From an uncultured Spirochaetota bacterium (GTDB lineage Bacteria; Spirochaetota; Brevinematia; Brevinematales; JAOACQ01), in NCBI GenBank assembly GCA_963768055.1, contig CAVYGN010000001.1, positions 928,001 to 992,000 on the forward strand: 64,000 nt of DNA, in the 5' to 3' direction. The notes beneath the pieces were generated by a model. The model was not told where the DNA came from. It did not search any database and saw only the letters and a list, made by a program, of their open reading frames with translations. Position numbers and translations under genes: made by a program. Shown in pieces: positions 41,901-50,640 of the stretch (within the stretch, counting starts at the first letter, position 1; each line of letters begins with the position of its first letter).

Positions 41901-44660
41901 GTCGGTGATACGGCGTATGTCCTTGTTAAAAATCCCTTCAAATCCGCACATGCCTTGATAACGATGGAGAGGGAAAAGATTTATGAAATCAGACAGGAAG
42001 AAATCACCGACAGCATGGCGATGATCCCTATAAGGATCACAAAAGAAAATATACCGAATATATATGTTTCAGTTATGCTCTTTTCAGGAAGGACCGGGAC
42101 CAACCAGGTTAAAAATGATACGGATTTAGCAAAACCAAGCTACCGCATCGGATATATCGATCTTCCTGTTTATACTGCAGAAAAAAGCCTCAATATTAAA
42201 ATAATCCCGGACAGAGACAATTTCAAGCCGGGAGAAAATGCCGGGATATCTTTCGAAGTAAAAGATTATAAAGGGAATTTAGTACCGGAGGCTGAACTGA
42301 CTATATCTGTTGCCGATAAAGGCGTTTTAAACCTTGTCAATTATAAATTGCCCAACCCCCTGGATAACTTCTACGGCCCGAGAAGGCTTTCTGTTTTTAC
42401 CAGCGAAATGAGGGAATGGATATACGGGCAGCGCTATCTTGCCGAGAAAGGTGAAGTTGTAGGCGGGGATGGTTTCAAGGACGAAAACCTCGGAATGGGA
42501 ATGATAGTGCCCAGGATGAATTTTAAATATACGGCCTTTTATACTAATAAAATCGTTGTCACCGGCGGAAAGACAAACATTGATTTCACCCTTCCGGACA
42601 ATCTGACAACCTGGAAGATAATGGTCGTATCCCAGACCAAGGACTCAAGTTTCGGGTACGGGGAGTCACAGTTCAGTGTAAAGAGGCCCCTGATGATTTT
42701 GTCGACGCTGCCGAGGATGGTCAGGAATCTTGATTATATTGAAGCTGGAGTGATGATCTTTAATTATACTGAAAAAGGGGGGTATGTTACAGTTGCAATA
42801 AGCTGCGACCAGCCGATGAAATTTTTGTTCCCTTTATTGACAAATGTTTACATTGATAAAAATAAGTCGAAAGAAGTCAAGTTCGCTTTTAACGTCCCTG
42901 CAATTCAGGCGGAGGAAGCTAAATTTACCATTTCAGGAAAAGTCAACGGAGCTTCCGACGGAGTTAAGGAAACAGTCTGGATAAGAAATCCCATGATCCT
43001 TGAAACAACGGCGCTTTATGAGAAAACCACAAACAAGGCTGATGAAAAAATATCTATTACCAGCAATGTGATTCCGGAGTTAAGCAGGGTCGAGTTTAAT
43101 CTTTCGCAGACTGCTTTTAATGAACTTTCAGGATGCCTTGATTACCTGGTCGAGTATCCTTACGGCTGCCTTGAACAGAAATCGTCAAGCATTTTACCAT
43201 TGATTCTCGGAGAGGATGTAATTCTTAAGTATGATTTGCTTAAAAATAAAACCGGCAGGGATTTAAGGCAAGTCGTTCAAACGATTTTAGAAGAAATGCC
43301 GAAATACCTGGGGGACGATGGTTTTAAATATTGGACGGACAGCATCAATTCAACCAATCCCTACCTCACTGTTTACGCCGGTTTTGTCCTCTGTATGGCA
43401 AGGTACCATAAATATTCAATACCCGAAGATTTTTATAACAGGGTCCGGGACCTTGTGAAAGATTATGCCGACGGCAGCGGCAAATATGAAAGCTGGTTCG
43501 AAATTTCACCTTATTATCGCGCGCTTGTAAAAAATTACGCATTATTTGTCGCGTCCATGAACGGTTATGAAAATGTCGGGTCGATAAAAAACGCTTACGC
43601 AGAACTGAAGGATAAGCTTAAGGATAACCTGTCCGCGCAGGCATACCTGTTAATAGCAGTGAGTAAATATAAAAATTTCGACGGTAAAGACATTATTATT
43701 AAGGATATATCGGATAGATTGCTGGCCTCGGCCCAGCTTGACACATCTACATGCTATTTTGCCGGATTTGAAAATTGGGACTGGTTTTATTATAACAGGA
43801 CTATTTCGACGGCGATTGTTTTACAGGCCCTGCTGGAAGCCGGGATCAATTTTAAAGATAGTCACAAAGTAATAAGATGGCTGACCCTGGCGCGCAAGCA
43901 GGGGCGATGGGCCACGACGCATGAGAATGCCATGGTTTTCTGGGCATACAATACATACCTCGGGCAGTTTGAAAAAGAAGAACCGAATTTTGAAGCTACC
44001 GGCGATATAAATAAAAAAGAAGTAATCAAAACCCTGTTCGCTTCGAGGAATACACCTGTTTATACGACAAATTATTCCCTTACGGATGAAAAATCGCCAG
44101 AACTCGATATAGAGCTACGGAAAAACGGAACCGGGATCCTTTACTATAACATCCGTTACCAGTATGCCCCTGTCAATCCTGTTTATAAAAGGGAAATGGG
44201 TTTTAGCCTGGAAAAACAAGTCCTCGATTATGAAACCGGCAAAGAGATCACGGACAATAACTATATAAGGGGTAGGAGATATATAATTAAATTGAACGTA
44301 TTTTCTGAAAAAACGCGTAATTTTGTCGTCCTTGACGACCAGCTTCCCGCTGGTTTTGAACCAGTCAATCTTGAGTTTGCAACCGAGCAGGCTGAAACTG
44401 AAGGAACAAAATCCGCGGTTGAAGGCAATGACCGGGGAAACATGTGGTGGTGGGGAATTTTCAACCACCGTGAGCAGTACAGGGACCGGGTTATATTTAC
44501 GGCCGATTATTTAATGGCCGGGAAGCATGAATTGTCTTACGTTGTCCGGGCTGCTACAACCGGAAAATTCAGTCAGCCCCAATTAAAAGTGGAGGAAATG
44601 TACGATCCTGAAACTTTCGGATCGCTGTCGCAGCCGGGTATAACAGTTAAAGAAGAATGA
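38928..44660 (+). CDS. Bacterial alpha-2-macroglobulin with thioester motif
   Basis: 1910 aa; TDRFLYKPGE, LPDNLTTW, YPYGCLEQ and EEMYDPE motifs. Confidence 0.93.
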   Translation: MFIFKRALIFSLAALVFSSIYPLEKVKVIYLQKLDSGSDFSEGGFYRRGNLYGEGGQLTISFDKPVFKLSDIDAMKSEIQKKIKLKITPEIKGEFRPIGTQQAAFVFRQKLKPSTRYVVEINVEEIKSIDGGNVTVLINHIKLENGQFEFMTEKLRVLNLRTGENLDDPIFVFFSWPVDPNNLKKELKITEGSVLNIEYSIFSVINTNYIESNGLTYGYIYKNPRAFEILTAKRKPGSQYSISISQDLHPIDGELGMDREYEYSFNTYSPLKYIDISTGEYDFINQSKTFHQDSEIYFRFNNELDQRVNLKNSITVDPPVKHLNYQYSGKSIIVTADFTGGQNYHIKIIPQVKDKYGQLINGPVEADIPIEHSYSILGIPTGYMVMENYIPMILPLKIRNIDKVDFYYTICRTKEDIVNYISRPPSEDEFMKSAKLKQIKVKETWDVFFNYRLDLARLIPVKPPFMVYMAEADKKVSENNQDRIKRAGIILFTDMGLTVKSGPYQTLVYLRSLKSNQPVSGANVYEILFDKQNNPDIKLKGRTDSKGVCTFQGEFPMPFIMVEKDNKYCINYGNNKYSNDYEYYDNSDYGMDYNSLFYNKISQKSIINSGDYRSYNMQNAMIFTDRFLYKPGETINVKGIIRYRWEDRWNTTEQEGSSQPIEFKVYNSRDEEITNTAVQPDAWGSFHFKINLKDSDPTGYYRISSTNYIECSFSVQDFKPAKAEMRIIPKKTEYAWGDNFEADLIPWYLFGAPVIKPVVYDVSVQPIEFISSKYPDYQFSRPAEDQGQERRDYSFTLMSGTDLPDSSGKLSITKLIKNDIFFGDAGIIISANTELDDKSRIYGNRADITVFNPVHVGIRVNPYFVNANKEFKIDLIAVDNNDNPVKNQDVKMEIDKVDWKSYQKVGVNGRLEWYSENTKTRVKSADLQIGKEEYPLTINEPGFYEVKVTSKIRSHDMVSHGSFYVLGPGWVGWSMDNSYTISLDSDKKAYRVGDTAYVLVKNPFKSAHALITMEREKIYEIRQEEITDSMAMIPIRITKENIPNIYVSVMLFSGRTGTNQVKNDTDLAKPSYRIGYIDLPVYTAEKSLNIKIIPDRDNFKPGENAGISFEVKDYKGNLVPEAELTISVADKGVLNLVNYKLPNPLDNFYGPRRLSVFTSEMREWIYGQRYLAEKGEVVGGDGFKDENLGMGMIVPRMNFKYTAFYTNKIVVTGGKTNIDFTLPDNLTTWKIMVVSQTKDSSFGYGESQFSVKRPLMILSTLPRMVRNLDYIEAGVMIFNYTEKGGYVTVAISCDQPMKFLFPLLTNVYIDKNKSKEVKFAFNVPAIQAEEAKFTISGKVNGASDGVKETVWIRNPMILETTALYEKTTNKADEKISITSNVIPELSRVEFNLSQTAFNELSGCLDYLVEYPYGCLEQKSSSILPLILGEDVILKYDLLKNKTGRDLRQVVQTILEEMPKYLGDDGFKYWTDSINSTNPYLTVYAGFVLCMARYHKYSIPEDFYNRVRDLVKDYADGSGKYESWFEISPYYRALVKNYALFVASMNGYENVGSIKNAYAELKDKLKDNLSAQAYLLIAVSKYKNFDGKDIIIKDISDRLLASAQLDTSTCYFAGFENWDWFYYNRTISTAIVLQALLEAGINFKDSHKVIRWLTLARKQGRWATTHENAMVFWAYNTYLGQFEKEEPNFEATGDINKKEVIKTLFASRNTPVYTTNYSLTDEKSPELDIELRKNGTGILYYNIRYQYAPVNPVYKREMGFSLEKQVLDYETGKEITDNNYIRGRRYIIKLNVFSEKTRNFVVLDDQLPAGFEPVNLEFATEQAETEGTKSAVEGNDRGNMWWWGIFNHREQYRDRVIFTADYLMAGKHELSYVVRAATTGKFSQPQLKVEEMYDPETFGSLSQPGITVKEE

Positions 44661-44667
44661 CTGATAT

Positions 44668-44712
44668 GGTATCTGGGCGGTACCGGGATCGAACCAGTGC
44701 CTGCGGCCCTGC
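44668..44712 (-). repeat. tRNA-Val 3'-half copy (distal att-like site)
   Basis: GGTATCTGGGCGGTACCGGGATCGAACCAGTGCCTGCGGCCCTGC matches the tRNA-Val(GAC) 3' end with the variable loop replaced. Confidence 0.85.
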
Positions 44713-44827
44713 TTGTGAACTCGTTAGCTGTACTCCGGAAAAAATAAAGAAAATTCTAATGGACCATCAAGTGTTTTGCATATATATTTATTTCTCAATA
44801 TAATATTGGTCATAAGGCGGTGAAGCT

Positions 44828-45535
44828 GTGAAAAGAATATATTTCCCCATGTTAATCGCTCTTTGGGTTTTAATCGATTCCTGTTCCGGCTCTCCGGGTC
44901 CTTCTTCCGGCGGCTCCGGCAGCGGAGGTTCTCCAAGTTCTATAGTAATTTCCGCAAATGGAACGGGAAACAATGGCGGCTACTACTATTCATACTGGAG
45001 CAATGGCCAAGGGACGGTGAAAATGACTTTGGGCTCCGGCGGGGAGTACAGTGTTGACTGGCAAAATTGCGGGGATTTCACCTGCGGTAAAGGCTGGTCT
45101 ACCGGGAGTGCTCAGAGTATAACCTACAATGCCGCTGCCTGGTCGCCGTCCGGAAACGCTTATCTGGCTGTCTACGGTTGGACGACAAGCCCGCTAATAG
45201 AATATTACATTGTTGATAGCTGGGGCAGTTGGAGGCCTGCCTACGTTCATGTGGGAACAGTTGTTTCTGATGGGGGTACATACGATATATATACGAATGT
45301 GCAGGTAAACCAGCCTTCCATTGTCGGCAATGCGACTTTTACGCAGTGGTGGAGCGTCCGGCAGTCGGCGAGAACAACCGGGGGCGACAACACCATAACT
45401 ACTGCCAACCACTTTAACGCGTGGAAGAGCCTCGGAGCGACTCTGGGTACTTTCAATTACCAGATAGTGCTTGTAGAGGGATATGAAAGCAGCGGGTTTG
45501 CCGACATCACGGTAGGCGGCACCGGTACGAATTGA
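44828..45535 (+). CDS. GH11 endo-1,4-beta-xylanase, probable lipoprotein
   Basis: [26 protein letters not shown] (nucleophile), QWWSVR and EGYESSG (acid/base); Cys after hydrophobic leader, Gly/Ser linker. Confidence 0.93.
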   Translation: MKRIYFPMLIALWVLIDSCSGSPGPSSGGSGSGGSPSSIVISANGTGNNGGYYYSYWSNGQGTVKMTLGSGGEYSVDWQNCGDFTCGKGWSTGSAQSITYNAAAWSPSGNAYLAVYGWTTSPLIEYYIVDSWGSWRPAYVHVGTVVSDGGTYDIYTNVQVNQPSIVGNATFTQWWSVRQSARTTGGDNTITTANHFNAWKSLGATLGTFNYQIVLVEGYESSGFADITVGGTGTN

Positions 45536-45665
45536 CAATCGTAGCGTAAACGCCATCGGCACTGTCTATCATTTTAAATGGCTCGTTTGCCCTTGAAATA
45601 GTAAAAAATAAAACCTGCAGGTAAAGATAAAAGTCATATCATGTTCTTTGAGGTGAAGGGACTGA

Positions 45666-46370
45666 TCACATTCGGTGAGATTCAGTAATACGATCATTCC
45701 CGTCATTGACTTTTACGCCCATAATTAAAAGCCACAAAGTAAGTGAAAATTCCGCAATCGCACTAACCACCCAGCATGGGTAAGATATTACTTCGTAGCG
45801 CGGAAAAAGGAAAAACTGAAGAAACCATATAAGAACGGCAAAACAATCGATTATCAGCAATATGCCCAAAATTCCGGGAAGGAAGCCCGACTTGAAAACC
45901 AAATAACCGAGAGGAAAAAGCCAGGCGCCATAAAATATCTGGGCGATAATAAATCCATTTTTGTACAAATTAATAGATAACATCGCTTGCGCCTGTAACT
46001 GAGCTGCCTGGAATACCTTCAGGTAATCGGCGCCGTTTAAAAGCAGAAGACCAGCAAATAGATTAAGCATACTTAAACACTGTATTGCGACACCGACCAA
46101 GTTTAGCAAAACGAACAGTAAAGCGAGATTTTTATTAACAGATTTTAATAACACGTATAAAGCCCAGGCAGCCAAAAGGAAAAAAACAGCCGAGAGAAGA
46201 CCGGTTATAAAACCGATACGGAATAGCAATTCATGAGTCATTATGTTATTGACTACTATTGCGGCATCTCCAAATGAAAAGCGGCCGAATACATCTGCAA
46301 AGATCGAAGTAACAATGAACATAAGATAAAAGAACCCTGCGATTCTCGCGGTTTTTTTCTTAGAATTCAT
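45666..46370 (-). CDS. DUF4386-like membrane protein
   Basis: ARIAGFFYL start, IFYGAWLFPLGYLVFKSGFLP..LG, E...LWLLI.G pattern. Confidence 0.75.
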   Translation of the reverse strand: MNSKKKTARIAGFFYLMFIVTSIFADVFGRFSFGDAAIVVNNIMTHELLFRIGFITGLLSAVFFLLAAWALYVLLKSVNKNLALLFVLLNLVGVAIQCLSMLNLFAGLLLLNGADYLKVFQAAQLQAQAMLSINLYKNGFIIAQIFYGAWLFPLGYLVFKSGFLPGILGILLIIDCFAVLIWFLQFFLFPRYEVISYPCWVVSAIAEFSLTLWLLIMGVKVNDGNDRITESHRM

Positions 46371-46530
46371 TTTCTATCCTCCTTTTTTGATATAAACCGA
46401 GATTTCCCAAATGGCTCATCTTTTTTACCATTCTCGAAAGCTCTTTCAATTCCATAAAAATTATATAAAGACCAAAACATCATGTCAACCGGGCGAATTG
46501 CTTTATAATAAATCAAAATCGAAACGGAAG

Positions 46531-46806
46531 GATTATCATCGCATTATCATCAATGATGGAATCGACGGAGAAAAGACCTTTAATTGTCACACTTAATAAT
46601 CCGTGAAATCCTCCAAAATTATCCCGCAGTCAATGCTTGAGAAAAGTGACTATTGATATGATATTATGAAAAGTTACGATTTTACAGCTGCTGCAGCCCG
46701 GACAAATCAGTGTCAATCCGCGGAATCGGTGGTTTCAACCCCGGTGTTCCCGGGATATGTGGGCGGTACTGGGATCGAACCGGTGCCTGCGGCCCTGCGT
46801 GTCGAG
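46531..46806 (-). repeat. About 275-bp diverged duplicate of 50716-50989 containing the tRNA-Val 3' half
   Basis: Direct alignment by eye; 8 substitutions in the 102 bp shared with the other copies. Confidence 0.9.
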
Positions 46807-46857
46807 TTTCTTGCATCGGAAGCAATTAAATTGCCTTCGAAAAATACCTGAAAATAG

Positions 46858-46887
46858 TGGTACAATAATGGTACAAGTTTGGTACAA
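46858..46887 (+). repeat. TGGTACAA x3 direct repeat, 11-bp period (integrase arm-site-like)
   Basis: Copies at 46858, 46869 and 46880, about 50 bp from the tRNA fragment. Confidence 0.75.
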
Positions 46888-46994
46888 CTCGAAATTAATT
46901 ATAATCATGATAATTAATATTTTAAAAAATCAAACCTTATCAGCTTGTTTTATTTCATAGGTATAATTACAATAATTAATAAAAAAGGAAAATT

Positions 46995-47261
46995 ATGCCT
47001 ACAATATCGATGTTTTTTGGAATTATAATTCGCATGTATCTTGGTAAAAAGGAGCATAATCCGCCTCATTTTCATGCGTATTATCAGGAATTTAAAGGTA
47101 CATTTGATATAGAAAAATGTTCATTAATTGATGGAAATATCCCGGTTAAACAAAAAAAGTTAATAGAAGCCTGGGCTGAACTTCATAAAGAAGAACTTCT
47201 TGCAGACTGGAACTTAGCTGTCAATAACGAATTACCTTATAAAATAGAACCGCTTAAATAG
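46995..47261 (+). CDS. DUF4160-family protein (putative TA component)
   Basis: MPTISMFFGIIIRMY..EHNPPHFHA.Y...WAELHKEELLADW...IEPL. Confidence 0.88.
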   Translation: MPTISMFFGIIIRMYLGKKEHNPPHFHAYYQEFKGTFDIEKCSLIDGNIPVKQKKLIEAWAELHKEELLADWNLAVNNELPYKIEPLK

Positions 47262-47272
47262 AGGGGTGTAAT

Positions 47273-47527
47273 ATGTACATTGGGATAAAAGCAGTTCAAC
47301 CAGTTGAAAACCATCATTTGCTAATAACTTTTGATAATGGAGAAGAAAAGATTTTTGATATGAATGAATATCTGGATAAAGGAATATTTGCCGAATTAAA
47401 GAATGAAAATTTATTCAGAACAGTTCATGTTATTTTTGATACAATAGAATGGGAAAATGGAGCGGACTTAGACCCCGAATTAATTTATCAGGAAAGTAAG
47501 AAATTAGTAGATGCCTTGACTCAATAG
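47273..47527 (+). CDS. DUF2442-family protein (partner of DUF4160)
   Basis: LLITFDNGEEKIFD...TIEWENGADLDPELIY. Confidence 0.88.
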   Translation: MYIGIKAVQPVENHHLLITFDNGEEKIFDMNEYLDKGIFAELKNENLFRTVHVIFDTIEWENGADLDPELIYQESKKLVDALTQ

Positions 47528-47804
47528 TAATTCATTAATTACAGAAATTTAATTATTATCTGATCGCAAGCGATGATCTCCTGGCGAGTTACGCGCTTGT
47601 TGCGAAATTTCGCCTTGATGAACTGCGAGAACTCGGCTTTCAGGATGCCATATAAGACTTTGTACTTTTTATTCCCGGTAATTTATCACATATTACTTTT
47701 GCAACGCCGACTATTTGTTGAATTTCATCGAAATACTGATTCATGATTCTGACGCTTTTACCACAGAAATAACGACAGGAAAACCGAACCACGGTGAAAA
47801 GTGG

Positions 47805-47928
47805 ACCGCTGCTGCAGCCCGGGCAAATCTGTGTCAATCTGCGGAATCTGTGGTTTCAACCCCGGTGTTCCCGGGGTATCTGGGCGGTACTGGGATCGAA
47901 CCAGTGCCTGCGGCCCTGCGTGTCGAGC
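47805..47928 (-). repeat. tRNA-Val 3'-half copy plus downstream leader
   Basis: 47805-47906 is identical to 50871-50972 (102 bp), then the CCTGCGG variant and CCCTGCGTGTCGAGC. Confidence 0.92.
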
Positions 47929-48040
47929 TATCCGCCCCGGCTTTAATAAGCGGATTAGCGCACTCTTTATTGCCGTATTCCATGGCCCAGATAAAAGCGG
48001 TGTTTCCGTTAAAATCACTTGCATTTATATTACCGCCGCT
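47927..48040 (-). pseudogene. Ankyrin-repeat gene remnant
   Basis: Translates SGGNINASDFNGNTAFIWAMEYGNKECANPLIKAGADS, a canonical ankyrin repeat; no start codon; runs into the tRNA fragment. Confidence 0.7.
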
Positions 48041-48232
48041 TTTCAGATGCGAGCTTATAAAGTTGCTGTCATTGAGTCTTCGGTATTTCCGGTAGTGAAA
48101 ACTCCCGGTGATGCGGTCATTCCTTTCCAGATCCGGTTGATAAAAACCGCACCGATTAAGGCTTTCCCTCCAAAAGATTTTAGAGCATTTTACCCGGATG
48201 TGTTGGACGTCTCTTAGTGATAGTCTTCGTAA

Positions 48233-49570
48233 TCAATTGATGCTGACGGTTATATAAACGCTGCCTATACTTGCAGAACTAGAGCCCAATGGTTTTGCTA
48301 TAAAAATCAAAAAATCGTCTTTCTTCAATTTAACGGTTATGGATTGGTTTTTAGACTTTTTTTCAGCCATTTCAGGTGTAGATTCTCCCAAATCGTTGCC
48401 CAGTTGATAATCATAGAATATCGGGATATCCACATTCCAGAAAGCATTCCGATTGGTATAAACCAGGATTTTAGTCCGATAATTTTGTGCGCTGATGTCA
48501 TGGTATGCGCCTCTATTAAATTCAAATTTATAAATGCCGGCTACTTTTGCAATGTATTCTGTCCCTTTTTTATTGGCTGATAAAATCTCGATTTCTTCAT
48601 TTTGATTATTTTCCCCTTTCGCAGATACGGAGTTTTTAAAAACCACAGCCTTTGTCTGCCCTTCCGATATAGTTATATTAGTGAATGACAATGATTCATC
48701 TCCCTTCCTTAATTCTATCCTGTTCCCTTTTCCGGCTTCGATACCCGGGATTATAAGCTCGCCGGAATCGTCAGTTTTGCCGGTCTTTTTCCCGTTAAGA
48801 TAAACGTCGATGCCGCCCTCCATCGTCTCTACCATCAATTCCCCGGATGGGTTGTATACAAGCTCGTTCGTTTTTCCGCTCTCGATCTGCACTATCTTCC
48901 TGAGGGCTTCCACGTCTGAATTCTCCTGCTTCAGGCTTATATCGATAGATTGGCCGGCTATGAACTTGTCGAAGTAACCGTCCAGGCTGTCTACAGCCTT
49001 TACGAAGGAGTCGTTTATGAAAATCCTGTACTTTACGTTTTTCGGCTTTACTGCAAGCCTTAAATATCCGAGCGAAATGGCCTTTCCGACTAAAAGGCCG
49101 GAAACGTCGAGTATCATTTTATCGACGGTATCGAAAATTTCAAGGCCCGCGTCCCCCTTGTAAGTCCTTGTAAACAATACCTGGCCGTTGACAACGTTAT
49201 AAACGAAAACGTTTATTGTTATAATCCCTGTTTTGTCATTAAGTGTATAATCACCGGTGATAACCTGTTCAGTTGAAAAATGCTGGGCGATATTGATAGC
49301 CCTGCTTCCTTCAAGCTCCTTAAGGCTCCAGAAATTTGTGCCCCCTGCTATTTCTTCCACATCCTTATAAGGAGTAATGTTTTTAGATATCTTTGAGAGA
49401 AAGGTGGATAATGATTTTGTCATGAGTATGTTTATGTTGTCCTGGTTCGATTTTCCCCTGTTTATGAATCCGGCGACAGTCGCGGATTTCATCTCAAGCT
49501 GCTGGGGACGCATAAAACCGGCACATATGAATAGTATTATTAAGACGGTCAGTATCTTTTTAATTGCCAT
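48233..49570 (-). CDS. Secreted protein with TolB-N/CsgG-like N-domain and PEGA-like repeats
   Basis: Signal peptide; VITGDY...INVFVYNV..GQV; GELMVET..GIDVYLNGKKTGKT. Confidence 0.6.
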   Translation of the reverse strand: MAIKKILTVLIILFICAGFMRPQQLEMKSATVAGFINRGKSNQDNINILMTKSLSTFLSKISKNITPYKDVEEIAGGTNFWSLKELEGSRAINIAQHFSTEQVITGDYTLNDKTGIITINVFVYNVVNGQVLFTRTYKGDAGLEIFDTVDKMILDVSGLLVGKAISLGYLRLAVKPKNVKYRIFINDSFVKAVDSLDGYFDKFIAGQSIDISLKQENSDVEALRKIVQIESGKTNELVYNPSGELMVETMEGGIDVYLNGKKTGKTDDSGELIIPGIEAGKGNRIELRKGDESLSFTNITISEGQTKAVVFKNSVSAKGENNQNEEIEILSANKKGTEYIAKVAGIYKFEFNRGAYHDISAQNYRTKILVYTNRNAFWNVDIPIFYDYQLGNDLGESTPEMAEKKSKNQSITVKLKKDDFLIFIAKPLGSSSASIGSVYITVSIN

Positions 49571-49809
49571 AAACCCTTCTTTAAAATATTTTATTCAGGA
49601 TTTCTCATTTAGCATATTGTAATTCCAAAAATCCGAGTCCCAATGCATTTTACCAATATTTTATCAACCTTATCAGGGCATGTCAACATAATTTAAGTCT
49701 CTTTCCAGTCTAAGACGGACTGATAAACAGTAAAATTCATTCTTTTCATAAAATTCGACAACAGGTTACCCATTGTTTTTTTTATTACATTCAAATCCTT
49801 ACACAGCTT

Positions 49810-50640
49810 CCAATGCCAAATCCCGAAGCCGGTCTATCTTTTCGAGTATTACTTCAAACATTTTCTTCGGAACAGCAACTTCAGCCATCTGGAATTGTAT
49901 ACCGAGCATGGCTTATCACCTTTGCACCGATCTTGACCAGCTTATCACGGAGCGTTGTCAATGACCAATGCCGAATAGACATTTGCAAAGCAACTCGCCG
50001 AAGAAAGTTCCCAAGGTTATATGCAAGAGCGAACAACTGCAATCTCACCTGATTGTCAGCAAAGTCGTGGCATGACAGTTTCGTCCATTTGATAGCGTTC
50101 TCGCCTTGCTTGATCCACTGCTCCGCTGTTCCTCTCATGTTGAAGAACCTGACTACCTTTTTCAGCTGCCATCGGAGGTTGTTTACGATAAAGCCGACGC
50201 GAGGGAACAATTCTCAACGATGCCATTCAACCTTCGCGATCACACGGCGTCCATGTTCCCAGCTAACTGCCTTGTAGAAGAAGCAGGAAGCCGAATCGTG
50301 TAAAGAAAATCCTTTGATTCGAGGTATTCATAAATATCCGGATTCGCGAAAGCGGCATCACCCCTGAAGTAGCGATCCCGCTTCAAGGTCGCCGGACTGG
50401 TTGAAGCAGCCTTACATTCCATAGCACGACCGCCGACAACTCGCCGCATTGCCGGATCAATATACAACCTGTCGGCATTGTTTGTGTCTTCATATCCAGC
50501 AATCCTTGAGAAAACAGACTGTCGGAGTTGAGCCCCAAGGGAATGGCGTGTTTTTACCAGGGCGGCTATCAGAATGACAGCATTCTGAAATTTTTGTTAG
50601 TCCTAAAGCATAGTCAAGTTCTCGGTATGCAAGCAATTCA
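49810..50640 (-). mobile_element. Degraded IS1380-family transposase remnant
   Basis: Fragments in several frames: LLAYRELD.ALGLT, RQSVFSRIAGYED, FRGDAAFANPDIYEYLE, RGTAEQWIK, NQVRLQLFALAYNLGNFLR and QMAEVAVP; internal deletions and frameshifts. Confidence 0.85.

Noticed and set aside
47560..47800. Possible frameshifted minus-strand gene remnant (MNQYFDEIQQ.../...KYKVLYGILKAEFSQFIKAKF)
   Set aside because: No recognisable family; cannot be supported without a search
44668..47928. Additional functional tRNA genes or split tRNAs
   Set aside because: Copies lack the 5' acceptor strand and D arm, and no complementary 5' halves are visible
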